From Chloroflexota bacterium (GTDB lineage: Bacteria; Chloroflexota; UBA11872; VXOZ01): 64,000 nucleotides of DNA. The stretch lies in contig OZ244922.1 in NCBI GenBank assembly GCA_965221905.1, forward strand, positions 3,040,001 through 3,104,000, read 5' to 3'. Numbering within the stretch: position 1 is the first letter of the stretch; every line of letters starts with the position of its first letter. A model generated the notes under the pieces. The model was not told the DNA's origin. It did not search any database and worked only from the letters and a program-made list of their open reading frames with translations. The translations under genes and the position numbers were made by a program. Positions 30,190-40,599 of this stretch are shown piece by piece.

Positions 30190-31521
30190 CTAGCTCGGCG
30201 GTGAACCAAGCCAGTCACGCACTGCGGCTGCTCCTCTTTCAAGGGCGGCAGCGGCTGTGAGATTGCCGCGGAGCGCAGGCAAGGCCATCTGCTCTGTTAA
30301 AGATATCCCTAATCCACTATACAACGAGAGCGTGGTGCCGACACTATACGAGAGGCTACGCAAAACGACATCAGCGCGATCCAGCCCCAGGGCCAGATCG
30401 GCGTGCATCCGATTGGGACGCCGAACAAACTCGATTGCGTTGTTTCGCGGCGGTACGAGCAATTGAGAACCCAACTGCGCGGCCAGTGGCTTGGCAGCGG
30501 TATAGGCCGCGTCAAGGTCCGCGCTGTTTGCGGAAACACCGACCATATCGGTTACCAACATGGGCACGGCTTGCGCCGGCCCGCTTGGTGTTCCAACGAA
30601 GGCGTACGGCAGCGACGACGGATCCGTATTGTGCCAATTGATGAGTTCTAAGCGCAGCGGCGCGTTCGCTGTACCGGTGCGCCGCCGCAGGATGGAATCC
30701 ACGGTCACTTGCGGCCCACTCTCAAGCGCCCCGTATTGGCGGGCCAAATCCAACCAAAACTGAAACCCGCGCCGCGCCTCAGACTCATCGAGCGTAGTTC
30801 TCCCGGCGCCGAGGTCTGCCACACGCCCGCCTGCGCCGATAGTGAACAGCAGCCAGGCGGGAACCGTCCTCGTGCCAAACCCCCACACAGTAGCGCCATT
30901 CGCGGTGTGCGTGAGCGCCGCAGCTTTTGCGGCAAATTCATCCCATGTCCAACTTGACACCGGCGGCGGCACCTCGCGCGCAGAGAGCATGTCAGTATCG
31001 TAACGCACGGAAAGCACACCCAATGCGGCGGGGAGCGCCATCTGCTGTCCCCAATAACGCAGGGCGTGCAGAGATTCGGGATGGTAGCCTTTGAGCGTGT
31101 TGTCGGAATCGTTGTCGAGGAAGGGATTAAGGGGACGCAGCAAGTCGCCGCGCAATATCTCCGGCAGGTCGTCCTGCAGACTATACCAGACAATGTCCGG
31201 CGCCTCGCCCGCCGCAATGCGCTGACGCACGGCAGCCACAAACGAACGCTCCGGCCTAGGCACGATTGGGATTTCCGTGATGGTGGGCATCCCGCCGCGT
31301 CCGCCGGGCGCCATCCCATAGCGAACGAAGGGCAACACCTTCTCCAGCACAGCGCTCACCCGCTCGCCCGCTCGCACCGCAACGGTTACGTTGACGTCCC
31401 TTGGTTCCGGAGTCGGCGCATCGGAAGCGCCGCGCTTGCCGCAAGCAAGCAACAAGGCGCTGCCCACCACTGCACTTCCCGCCCGTAACAGGTCACGTCG
31501 CGTCATATTCGCAACCGCCAC
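30190..31521 (-). CDS. extracellular solute-binding lipoprotein (family 1-like, Tat)
   Basis: TRRDLL plus LLAC; AAGEAPDI, WTWDEF..A..LT. Confidence 0.8.
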   Translation of the reverse strand: MAVANMTRRDLLRAGSAVVGSALLLACGKRGASDAPTPEPRDVNVTVAVRAGERVSAVLEKVLPFVRYGMAPGGRGGMPTITEIPIVPRPERSFVAAVRQRIAAGEAPDIVWYSLQDDLPEILRGDLLRPLNPFLDNDSDNTLKGYHPESLHALRYWGQQMALPAALGVLSVRYDTDMLSAREVPPPVSSWTWDEFAAKAAALTHTANGATVWGFGTRTVPAWLLFTIGAGGRVADLGAGRTTLDESEARRGFQFWLDLARQYGALESGPQVTVDSILRRRTGTANAPLRLELINWHNTDPSSLPYAFVGTPSGPAQAVPMLVTDMVGVSANSADLDAAYTAAKPLAAQLGSQLLVPPRNNAIEFVRRPNRMHADLALGLDRADVVLRSLSYSVGTTLSLYSGLGISLTEQMALPALRGNLTAAAALERGAAAVRDWLGSPPS

Positions 31522-31595
31522 AAAGAGATGTCCTTAGGCTACATATTCCCACTGCGCTTCAAATGTGTCAATAGCCTGACTTGATTCCCTCCGCC

Positions 31596-32264
31596 TTATC
31601 CTCGCAGAGCATACTTTGCGAGCGTCCAGAGCGCGCGCGGACCATCGGTCCACATGTTCAACTTGCGTTGATTCTGACTGCGCGGCGCATACGAAATAGG
31701 CACTTCGACAATGCTGTAGCCCAGCCTCAGCACCTTTGCCGTAATCTCAGGCTCCAATTCGAACCCTGATGACTCTATCGTGATCTGATCGACGACCTCC
31801 TTGGCCATCATCTTGTAGCAGGTTTCCATGTCGTGTATAGGCGCCCGAAACAGAATCCGAGTCACCAGAGTAAGAAAGAGGTTGCCGAGACGCCGAAAGA
31901 ACTCCTGGTGCTCCAGAGAGCGCACGCCGTAGACGACCTTGGTCTCACCCCGCGCAATCGGCTCCAGCAGCACCGCGAAGTCTGCCGGGTCGTATTCCAG
32001 ATCGGCATCCTGTATGACAACTACGTCGCCCGTTGCGGTCGCCAAGGCGGTGCGAATAGCAGCGCCTTTTCCTCTGTTTTCAGGGTGGTAGACGATATGG
32101 AAACGCTCATCCTCTAGGGCTTCAAGCACTCCGGTTGTGCCGTCCGATGAACCGTCGTCAACAACGACGATCTCTTTTTCCATAGACACGGCTGCCACGC
32201 GCTCCAGAACCGCGCGCACTGTTTCGCACTCGTTATAAACCGGAATCAGAACGGAGAGCTTCAT
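31596..32264 (-). CDS. GT2 glycosyltransferase (DPM-synthase-like)
   Basis: MKLSVLIPVYNE, VDDGSSDGT, QDADLEYDP and DMETCYK. Confidence 0.9.
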   Translation of the reverse strand: MKLSVLIPVYNECETVRAVLERVAAVSMEKEIVVVDDGSSDGTTGVLEALEDERFHIVYHPENRGKGAAIRTALATATGDVVVIQDADLEYDPADFAVLLEPIARGETKVVYGVRSLEHQEFFRRLGNLFLTLVTRILFRAPIHDMETCYKMMAKEVVDQITIESSGFELEPEITAKVLRLGYSIVEVPISYAPRSQNQRKLNMWTDGPRALWTLAKYALRG

Positions 32265-32555
32265 TGTGGTCGCTACTTCAGTCTCAAGGGTAGACAAATC
32301 GGTTGCATCAAGATTTGCGGTAGAGTTCAGAAGGCACAGTGAGGGCAATAGTCATGAGTGAATCCGCAAATCCAACGAAATCTTGAATGGGTTGGTTTAG
32401 AGGCGTCCCTACTATATCATTGGGTCTGAAGCCAAGTAAATACCTACTACGCCACCGCTCGCCAGTGACAGCCCGTTCTATAAACGCGATACATGCGAGC
32501 AAGAATTGCCCAGTGCCAAAACCCGCACCCTCTCTTCAGCGCCAAGGAGCACACC

Positions 32556-34268
32556 ATGGCCACGCCGCCGTTTACCGTAAGTATGGATCGCAATGTCGCC
32601 GTGCCCATGCGTGACGGCGTTACTCTCCGCGCCGATGTGTACCGACCGCAGGCGGAAGGACCGTTTCCGGTCATTCTCACGCGCACGCCTTACAACAAGG
32701 GCGCTCTGGATGGCGGCCCTTCACCGACGTACGAAGCCCTAGCCGCGGCGGGATACGTGGTAGTGGCACAGGACGTGCGCGGGCGCTACGCCTCCGACGG
32801 TGAGTTCACACCGCTCTTTGCTTTTGGCTATCCGGACATCGAAGACGGCTACGATTCGGTTGAGTGGTGCGCGCAGTTAGCGGATTCGAATGGCGACGTT
32901 GGCATCTTTGGCAACTCCTACGGGGGCTTCACCTCATACTGCGCCGCATTCAGCCAAGCCCCCAGCCTCCGCTGCGTCTTCGCCGAGGGCATGACTCAGC
33001 GGCTAACCGACTTTGAACCCCTCTTCCGTCCCGGCCGGCGCTTCGCCTGGTCTATGGGCACCATCGCGCCTGATATTCGCCTTAAGAAGGGCCTTCCCGG
33101 ACCGCACGCCAAGGATGCAGCCGATCAGCTCTGGGAGCGCGAACGCCACAAGTGGCTCTGGTACTTACCGCGCAAGGACATTCCCGACGACCGTTATGGC
33201 GGCTCCGTACAGGCCCGCTACTATCGCACGCTGATGACGGAAGCCGGCGTCGACACATTTCAATGGCAAGAACGCCACCAGGACGTCCGCGTACCTGTTT
33301 ACCACCGCACCGGCTGGTACGACCGGTTCGTGCGCGCAATCGATGGCTATACGCTAATGGCACAAAAGGCCGCTACGCCGGAAGCTCGCGCCGGGCAACG
33401 AGCTATGATCGGGCCGTGGGGTCACACCAGCGCTTTGCACGCCTACGAAGGCGAGTTGGATTTTGGGCCGGATGGTCTCGTGGAGCACGCCGACCTCCTG
33501 CTCCGCTGGTTCGACTATTGGCTCAAGGGCCGCGATACGGGCATCATGGACGAGGGGCCGATTAGTCTCTACATCCTGGGCGATAACACTTGGCGCAACG
33601 AGAATGAATGGCCGCTGGCGCGCACCGAGTATACCGACTACCACCTGCATAGCGACGGCAACGCCCAGACGCCCCACGGCGACGGCAGCCTTTCTCCCGC
33701 TCGGTCGGCTGAAGGAACGCCCGATCAATTCGTCTACGATCCCCGCGATCCGGTGCCCTCTTGTCATCTCATGCACGACCAAGACGGCGTCTTCGATCAG
33801 CGCGTTTTGGATTCACGCCATGACGTGCTCGTCTACCAGACTGAGCCCTTGACCGAGCCGCTGGAGGTGACCGGCGAACCGACCCTCAGACTCTACGCGG
33901 CCTCCAGCGCTGTTGACACCGACTTCACGGCCAAATTGGTAGACGTCCACCCAGACGGATTTGCGCAGAACCTTTGCTACGGGATCGTGCGCGCCCGTTA
34001 CCGCAACGGCTATACAGCGCCGCAATTGCTCACGCCGGGGCAGGTCTACGAGTTTACCGTCTCGCTCAACCCTATCGCCAATGTCTTTCAACCCGGCCAC
34101 CGCCTGCGCCTGGACATCTCCAGCAGCGATTTTCCCAATTGGGACCGCAACCTGAATACCGGCAGCGACGGCTACGCGGACGCCACAATGGTCAGCGCCC
34201 GCCAGACCGTGCTCCACGATGCAAGTCACCCGTCACGCATCACTCTGCCGGTGATCCCAAGAAAGTAA
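32556..34268 (+). CDS. CocE/NonD family hydrolase
   Basis: PMRDGVTL, RTPY, QDVRGRYASDG, nucleophile GNSYGG and IGPWGH; AAGGAG SD. Confidence 0.92.
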   Translation: MATPPFTVSMDRNVAVPMRDGVTLRADVYRPQAEGPFPVILTRTPYNKGALDGGPSPTYEALAAAGYVVVAQDVRGRYASDGEFTPLFAFGYPDIEDGYDSVEWCAQLADSNGDVGIFGNSYGGFTSYCAAFSQAPSLRCVFAEGMTQRLTDFEPLFRPGRRFAWSMGTIAPDIRLKKGLPGPHAKDAADQLWERERHKWLWYLPRKDIPDDRYGGSVQARYYRTLMTEAGVDTFQWQERHQDVRVPVYHRTGWYDRFVRAIDGYTLMAQKAATPEARAGQRAMIGPWGHTSALHAYEGELDFGPDGLVEHADLLLRWFDYWLKGRDTGIMDEGPISLYILGDNTWRNENEWPLARTEYTDYHLHSDGNAQTPHGDGSLSPARSAEGTPDQFVYDPRDPVPSCHLMHDQDGVFDQRVLDSRHDVLVYQTEPLTEPLEVTGEPTLRLYAASSAVDTDFTAKLVDVHPDGFAQNLCYGIVRARYRNGYTAPQLLTPGQVYEFTVSLNPIANVFQPGHRLRLDISSSDFPNWDRNLNTGSDGYADATMVSARQTVLHDASHPSRITLPVIPRK

Positions 34269-34415
34269 TCAGGAGGATTTATCAATGGGCGCAGGTTTGA
34301 AACCTACGCTACCGTTCCGGTAAGGACTTCGCCGGAACGACATAAAAGGAGACACAGTCGAGGCACGCCTAAGAGAGGCGCGGTTAAGAACAGGATTCTG
34401 TTTACGACCGGGCTA

Positions 34416-34820
34416 TTATGTCGGCGCAACTCGGGTAAGACCCTCGATCTTGTCAAAATCCGTATCCCAGCTATAGATCTCAGTAATTTCGCGGGCATTA
34501 ATGTGCGCCACCGTATAGGCATCGGCAAAAGAGACGCGGTACTGGACAAACAGCTCAAGTGCCTTAAGACACAGTCGCTTCTCAGCGAACTGGATGCCCG
34601 GCAAGGAGATTATGTCACCTACCATTGCATGTACTTCCTCTCTGGACACGCCATACGTGCGCTGGAGCGTAAAGACAGTTTCGAAGACAACCAGCGCTGA
34701 GGTGACAACTTTCTCCTCGCCTCGCTCTATTGCCGCCAGCAGCCGCCGCGCCGCCTCCGCCATTTCCGGTTCGCTGCCCGTGAAATAGCGTAGCAGGACA
34801 TTTGTATCAAGAAAGCGCAT
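34416..34820 (-). CDS. vapC: PIN-domain toxin VapC
   Basis: FLDTNVLLR, FE, SFADA and SWDTDF acidic tetrad. Confidence 0.9.
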   Translation of the reverse strand: MRFLDTNVLLRYFTGSEPEMAEAARRLLAAIERGEEKVVTSALVVFETVFTLQRTYGVSREEVHAMVGDIISLPGIQFAEKRLCLKALELFVQYRVSFADAYTVAHINAREITEIYSWDTDFDKIEGLTRVAPT

Positions 34821-35088
34821 CGTCTGCCCGTTGCACGTTAGTCTCTGAGTCTTTTGCTACGCCTTCCTCAAAGGCGGCGCGCTCTTCTTGCCGGGAGAGA
34901 GCCGCTTGCGACTTTGCCGCCCCGCCAAAATGCCTCTCCACCCTGGACGGGACCGGCAGCAGGCGAACACCATCCGGCGTGGACTCGAACCTGACTAAGT
35001 CTCGCGGCTTGATGCCTAGCTTCTCTCGTATCTCAGCCGGAACGGTCACCTGACCCTTCTGCGTTACTCGAGTTTCGTAAATTCGCAC
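34807..35088 (-). CDS. vapB: AbrB/MazE-type antitoxin
   Basis: TRVTQKGQVTVPAEIREKLGI; overlaps the vapC start. Confidence 0.85.
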   Translation of the reverse strand: MRIYETRVTQKGQVTVPAEIREKLGIKPRDLVRFESTPDGVRLLPVPSRVERHFGGAAKSQAALSRQEERAAFEEGVAKDSETNVQRADDALS

Positions 35089-35366
35089 GGTAATACTCCT
35101 ACACTCATTCTTACTAGTTGCTAAAGTAATACTATATTAAGAGTAGTACCATTGCCAAGGGTGCAACGACCGAGAGTCTGCTGGATTCAACGGCGAACGA
35201 CTGCAACTACGCTCATTCCTACGCGCCTGTGCACACACTTTGCTCTAACGCATATTGCGAAGTTGCGCTCTGCCGAATCCCTCTGCATTCGGTACAATAG
35301 ACGTTACTACCCTAAACTCGCTGCTCTATGGCGAATCCCGGACCGTTTGCGAGGCAAGATTACACC

Positions 35367-38042
35367 ATGCGCACTGACGAAATACGCCAAAGATTCCTCG
35401 ATTTCTTTGAGGAAAAAAGCCATCTTGTCATGCCCGGCTCATCGCTTGTGCCTCAGGGCGATCCCAGCGTGTTGCTGACCTCCGCAGGCATGCAACAGTT
35501 CAAGGACTATTACCTTGCGCTTGCCGATCCGCCCCGGCCTCGCATCGCCACCGTGCAGAAGTGCCTGCGCACCGATGACATTGACGAGGTGGGCGACCAA
35601 TCCCACCTCACCTTCTTCGAGATGCTGGGGAACTTCGCCTTTGGCGACTACTTCAAAGAAGAGGCCATTGCCTTCGCCTGGGAACTCGTGACAGAACGAT
35701 TCCCCTTTAAGAAGGACCAGATTTGGGCGACCGTATTCGGCGGTGAAGATGATGTCGGGCCCGATGAAGACGCCGAGCGCGCCTGGCTGGCGGTGGGCGT
35801 ACCGCCGGAGCGCATCGTGCGTTATTCGGGTTGGAAAGAAAACTGGTGGGGCCCTACCGGCGACTCCGGCCCCTGCGGCCCGTGTTCGGAAATCCACCTT
35901 GAGCTGGCGCCGAATACCGATGGCCACGACTGTCTCGGCCCGGCCTGCCCCTGCGGCCGTTTTCTCGAAATCTGGAACCTCGTCTTTAATCAATACTACT
36001 CGAGTATCAGCAACAGCCAACTGCATGCCGGCGCGCTCACGCCACTAGAAAAGGTTGGCGTGGATACCGGCGCCGGTCTGGAACGCTGGGCAGTAGTGCT
36101 CCAGGGCGTTGCCACGCCTTACGAAACAGATCTATTCAAGCCTGTCGTGCAGGGAGCCGCAGAGATGCTGGGCTGCTCGTACGGCGAAAATTCAGATCAG
36201 GACGTTAGTATCCGCATTATCTGCGAGCACGCCCGCGCCGCTGTCTTTCTCATTAGCGACGGCGTCTCGCCGGGTAACGTAGGGCGCAGCTATGTGCTGC
36301 GGCGCTTGATACGCCGTGCCATGCGCTACGCCTACCTACTCGGCCGCCGCGAACCCATGCTAGCCGGCCTGGGCCAGACTGTCATCGCGCTCATGGGGGC
36401 AGCTTATCCCGACATCCTTGCGCGCAAAGACTTCATCCTGCGCACGATTACGCAGGAAGAAGAGCGCTTCTTGCGCAACGTGAGCCAAGGTCTGCCTACT
36501 CTCAACGCGATGCTCGATAACGTGGCGTCTTTGGCGAAGTCAGCGCAAGCAGGCGGCGGAACCCTACCCGGTGCGGACGCGTTCCTGCTCCACGACTCGT
36601 ACGGCTTCCCCATCGAACTCACCAGAGAGGTCGCCGCCACGCGCGGCATTGCGGTGGATGAGGAAGCTTACCAGGCCGCGCTCCGCGAGCAGCAAGAGCG
36701 CAGCCGCCAGAGCGCCCAGTTCGAAATCGTCCAGAACCTCCCCTCGGACTTCCAAGGCGTAGATTTCACCGGCTATGAAACGACCGCCGATACCGGCATC
36801 GTCGTCGGCATTCAGCAAGGAGATGAGCGCGTCGGCAGGTTAGAGAACGGAGAACAGGGATTCATCGTCCTTGACCGCACGCCCTTCTATGCGGAAGGCG
36901 GCGGCCAAGTGGGTGATGTCGGCCGCATTGCAAGCGCCGACGGCGTATTTTGCGTCGATAACACCTACTCCCCGCAACCCGGCCTCATCATCCACCGAGG
37001 CAGCGTCGCGGAAGGCGCCATTGTTGCCGATTCTCCAGTGACGGCAACGGTAGACGATGAACGCCGCGCCAATACTGCCCGCAACCATACGACTACCCAC
37101 CTCTTGCATGCCAGCCTCCGTAGCCTGCTTGGTGACCACGTCCGGCAATCAGGTTCGCTGGTCGCGCCGGACCACCTGCGCTTTGACTTTGCCCATCCCG
37201 AGGCCCTCTCGCGTCAGGAGATCGAGGAAATCGAACGCCGCATAAACGCTCACGTCCGGTCGAATTTGCAACTTAAGACTCAGCACTTGGAAACGTCGGA
37301 AGCGGTTGCCGCCGGCGCCCAAGCGCTCTTTGGCGAAAAATACGGCGAAACCGTGCGCGTCGTCAGCATCGATGACGTGAGCAATGAGCTCTGCGGCGGC
37401 ACCCATGTGCCGGCCACCGGCACTATCGGCCTCTTCGTCATTCAGAGCGAGTCGAGCATTGGCGCCGGTCTGCGGCGCATTGAGGCGCTCACCGGCCCCG
37501 CCGCAATCCGCCACGTCCAACAACAGCATGCGCTCTTACTCGACCTTGCGAACACCTTGGAAACACCGCCCCAGGGACTTGCCGACCGTACCGCCGCCTT
37601 GCGTGAGGAACTCGCTCAACAACGGCGGCAGATCGCGCGCCTGGAGCGCGGCCAAGCGGGGCAGCAGGTGGAGCAACTCATCGCCGCTGCCTTGGACGTA
37701 GAAGGCATGAAACTCGTCGTAGGCCGTGTGGACATTCCCAACGTTGAAACCTTCCGCGAGCTTGGCGACAGAGTGAAGGATCGCCTCGGCGGCTCCGGCG
37801 CGCTGCTGCTGGGCACTGTCCTCAACGACCGCCCGCAGTTTCTCATTATGACAACCAAGGACGTGTCAAAACAGGGAGTCCATGCCGGCAATCTCGTGCG
37901 CGCGGTGGGCAAAGTGGCAGGCGGCGGCGGCGGCGGGAGTCCAGAAACGGCCCAAGCCGGCGGCCGCGACCCCGGAAAACTGGACGAGGCCCTGCAGAAG
38001 GGCGCACAGCTCATCAAAGATGCTATGACCAACATGCAGTAG
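35367..38042 (+). CDS. alaS: alanine--tRNA ligase
   Basis: TSAGMQQFK, FEMLGNF, GPCGPCSE, IWNLVF, NHTTTHLL, ELCGGTHV and GGGGG. Confidence 0.98.
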   Translation: MRTDEIRQRFLDFFEEKSHLVMPGSSLVPQGDPSVLLTSAGMQQFKDYYLALADPPRPRIATVQKCLRTDDIDEVGDQSHLTFFEMLGNFAFGDYFKEEAIAFAWELVTERFPFKKDQIWATVFGGEDDVGPDEDAERAWLAVGVPPERIVRYSGWKENWWGPTGDSGPCGPCSEIHLELAPNTDGHDCLGPACPCGRFLEIWNLVFNQYYSSISNSQLHAGALTPLEKVGVDTGAGLERWAVVLQGVATPYETDLFKPVVQGAAEMLGCSYGENSDQDVSIRIICEHARAAVFLISDGVSPGNVGRSYVLRRLIRRAMRYAYLLGRREPMLAGLGQTVIALMGAAYPDILARKDFILRTITQEEERFLRNVSQGLPTLNAMLDNVASLAKSAQAGGGTLPGADAFLLHDSYGFPIELTREVAATRGIAVDEEAYQAALREQQERSRQSAQFEIVQNLPSDFQGVDFTGYETTADTGIVVGIQQGDERVGRLENGEQGFIVLDRTPFYAEGGGQVGDVGRIASADGVFCVDNTYSPQPGLIIHRGSVAEGAIVADSPVTATVDDERRANTARNHTTTHLLHASLRSLLGDHVRQSGSLVAPDHLRFDFAHPEALSRQEIEEIERRINAHVRSNLQLKTQHLETSEAVAAGAQALFGEKYGETVRVVSIDDVSNELCGGTHVPATGTIGLFVIQSESSIGAGLRRIEALTGPAAIRHVQQQHALLLDLANTLETPPQGLADRTAALREELAQQRRQIARLERGQAGQQVEQLIAAALDVEGMKLVVGRVDIPNVETFRELGDRVKDRLGGSGALLLGTVLNDRPQFLIMTTKDVSKQGVHAGNLVRAVGKVAGGGGGGSPETAQAGGRDPGKLDEALQKGAQLIKDAMTNMQ

Positions 38043-38303
38043 GCAGCGGGTACGCAAAGTCTACCAGCCTCAGTGTGTCGCGCTGCCATCCGAGCCGGGA
38101 GACTCGTGCCGCCGCGAACGATTGCTATAGAAGTCTCCGAGGTATTGTCGGCAAACCATGGCACACACATCCACCAGCGCGGCACAATGGAACAAAGGCA
38201 CGAGCATCCAATCGACACGAGGTTTCTTGTCAAAACCTCCCCCTTTCAGGCATCGTATAGAGTAAGTTGAGTGAGCAGCACTTCGTTTACAAGGAGTAAC
38301 AGC

Positions 38304-39524
38304 ATGGCACTGTCTGCAGAAGAGCAAGCGTTGTTGAATGGCGAAAAGCGCAATCTTCCCTTCCTACCCGCCCTTGGCGGCTGGTACAACGAGGAAGAAG
38401 TGGAAGCGCTGACCCAAGCGCTACGGGAGAGCATGGAATGGCGGGTGGGCTTTACCGGCAACGACATTGCGGAATTCGAGCGGGAATTCGCCGAGTATTG
38501 CGACGTCAAGTACGCATTCGCGGTCAATTCTTGCGGTACCGGCCTCGATGGGGCGATGCAAGCGCTGAATCTCGGTCCTGAAGACGAGGTCATTTTGCCT
38601 GCCATCACGTATATTGCAACCGCCCAGGCAGTCGTGGGCGTGGGCGCAAAGATCGTGCTTGCCGAGTGCCACCCCGATACCTTCAACATCGACCCTGCCG
38701 ACGTGGAGCGCCGCATGACGGCGAATACACGCGCCATTATGCCAGTGCACAACAACGGGCTCTCCGCCGACATGGACGCCCTAGCCGACATTGCCGAGCG
38801 GCATCCGCACGCAGTTCACGGCCCGGCACCGGTAGTTGGCGACGCCGCCCGCGCCGCTGGCGGCGGTTACAAGGGCACGCGCGTGGGCAAGAGAGGCGCG
38901 ATGAACATCTTCAGCTTCCAGACCACCAAGAATATGACCACCCTCGGCGAAGGCGGCATGGTAACAACGGATGACGACGACTATGCCGCCTACATCAACA
39001 GCAGCCGTTCCTTCGGCTGGGGGCTGAAAGGCTGGGGCAGCAATTACCGCCTGACGAAGCTGCAGGCCGTCGCCGGTAGGATCCAGCTTGCACGGCTCGA
39101 TGAAATGAACGACTTGCGCCGCGACCGCGCGCTGCTGCTTTCAGCGTGTTTGGCTGACGCGCCCGGCGTGATTGTTCCCCAGACCCCAGCGGGCTACGAC
39201 CACGTGTGGTACGGCTATACGGTCATGCTGGAATCAGAGTGGGCCGGTGAGCCGCGCGATAGGGTTACAGAACACATGCAGTCCGAGTACGGCGTCGGCG
39301 GCGGCGTCATGAATGCCGCGCTTCCCGACTACGACTCTATTCTTAACAAGCTCGGCCATACGCCGGAGGACGTTCCGGTCTCTACCGATATTGGTCGCCG
39401 GCTCTTCTGCCCCTCGCTCCATCCCTTGATGAGCGACGACGACGTGCGCTACGTCGCCGCATCTATCAAGGCAAGCATGCAGGAAGTCTCGGCAACCGTC
39501 GGTGTAGCAGCCGCTGCCGGGTAG
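38304..39524 (+). CDS. DegT/DnrJ/EryC1/StrS PLP aminotransferase
   Basis: AVNSCGTGL, DAA, FSFQTTKNMTTLGEGG and GSNYRL; AAGGAG SD. Confidence 0.9.
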   Translation: MALSAEEQALLNGEKRNLPFLPALGGWYNEEEVEALTQALRESMEWRVGFTGNDIAEFEREFAEYCDVKYAFAVNSCGTGLDGAMQALNLGPEDEVILPAITYIATAQAVVGVGAKIVLAECHPDTFNIDPADVERRMTANTRAIMPVHNNGLSADMDALADIAERHPHAVHGPAPVVGDAARAAGGGYKGTRVGKRGAMNIFSFQTTKNMTTLGEGGMVTTDDDDYAAYINSSRSFGWGLKGWGSNYRLTKLQAVAGRIQLARLDEMNDLRRDRALLLSACLADAPGVIVPQTPAGYDHVWYGYTVMLESEWAGEPRDRVTEHMQSEYGVGGGVMNAALPDYDSILNKLGHTPEDVPVSTDIGRRLFCPSLHPLMSDDDVRYVAASIKASMQEVSATVGVAAAAG

Positions 39525-39827
39525 AACACTATTCGCGGCGTCGCGCGAATCGACAACGGGAAGAACGTTCAATACATGGCTGGGTGGGATGCGCTTAGTG
39601 TTGCGCACACCACCCAGCCCTTGTTTCCCTACGTTATCCTGCCTTAAGAACCCTCGGCGACCGTGCCCGCGCCCCCTCCCGCAGTTGCGTCCATGTTCCG
39701 ATTGCTCTACATTTGGAGAAAAGAGTGAATCTCCCCACATAGTCTTTTGTGTGCGGTTCGGGAAGCAGCATGGCAATAGTCTCGTCTAACCGCCGCATTC
39801 AAGCCTTAGTCAGGATGGCATAGCTCG

Positions 39828-40589
39828 GTGTTGCTCGTTTTCAATGTCTGGCGCAGAGCGCTTGGCATGCATTACTATGACTTCTTCACCATCATCAGAG
39901 GCAACATTCTCTGGGCGCTGCTCTGTTTGCCATACGCGCTCTATACCTACGTTGCCCTTGTGCCGATTATTACGGACTCCGCTGAGACTGCGCGGGACAC
40001 GTCACCGATCTTCCTGGGTATCTCCTATTTGATCGCCTCGCTCGTACTGCTTGCACTCGCCGGACCGGCCACTGCGGCCCTCTATGATTACGCCGCTAGG
40101 TCACTCGCCAGCGAGGCCGTGGACATGCGGACGTACGTGCAGAGCCTCCGCACGCACTTCATCAAAGGGTACCTGCTCGCAGCGCTCGACCTCTTGATCC
40201 TCGCTGCGCTCGTGCTCAACACCTGGTTCTATCTGACGGCGGACATTCCCCAGCTCATGCGCGCACTTAGCATAATCTTCTTCTGGGGCATTGTGTTCTG
40301 GGTCGCAATTCAACCGTATCTCTTCTCCGTAATGATTAGGCTCGACACCTCCGTGCTGCAGACGTTTCGCAACGCCGTCTTGTTGGCGCTCGACAATCTC
40401 GGCGTTACTATCGGCCTTATCGGCGTGCAACTCGTGATGCTTTTCTTCTTCGTCCCGCTCTTCGCCATTGCGTATCCGGTTTTGGGCGGCTCTATCTTTG
40501 CCCATACCCACGTGGGGGTGCTGAACGAGCTCCTTGACCAATACGAGGAAAAGCGCGGCGGCGCAAATCCAGTGCAAAGAGACTCTTGA
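39828..40589 (+). CDS. YesL/DUF624-like membrane protein
   Basis: GNILW...GPATAALY pattern with multiple TMs; adjacent to a sugar ABC ATPase. Confidence 0.65.
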   Translation: MLLVFNVWRRALGMHYYDFFTIIRGNILWALLCLPYALYTYVALVPIITDSAETARDTSPIFLGISYLIASLVLLALAGPATAALYDYAARSLASEAVDMRTYVQSLRTHFIKGYLLAALDLLILAALVLNTWFYLTADIPQLMRALSIIFFWGIVFWVAIQPYLFSVMIRLDTSVLQTFRNAVLLALDNLGVTIGLIGVQLVMLFFFVPLFAIAYPVLGGSIFAHTHVGVLNELLDQYEEKRGGANPVQRDS

Positions 40590-40599
40590 GGAGGAACGG

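Noticed and set aside
35150-35366. T-box riboswitch upstream of alaS (also sought before aroF)
   Set aside because: No GGTGGNACC T-box motif on the sense strand at either site, and no terminator found before alaS.
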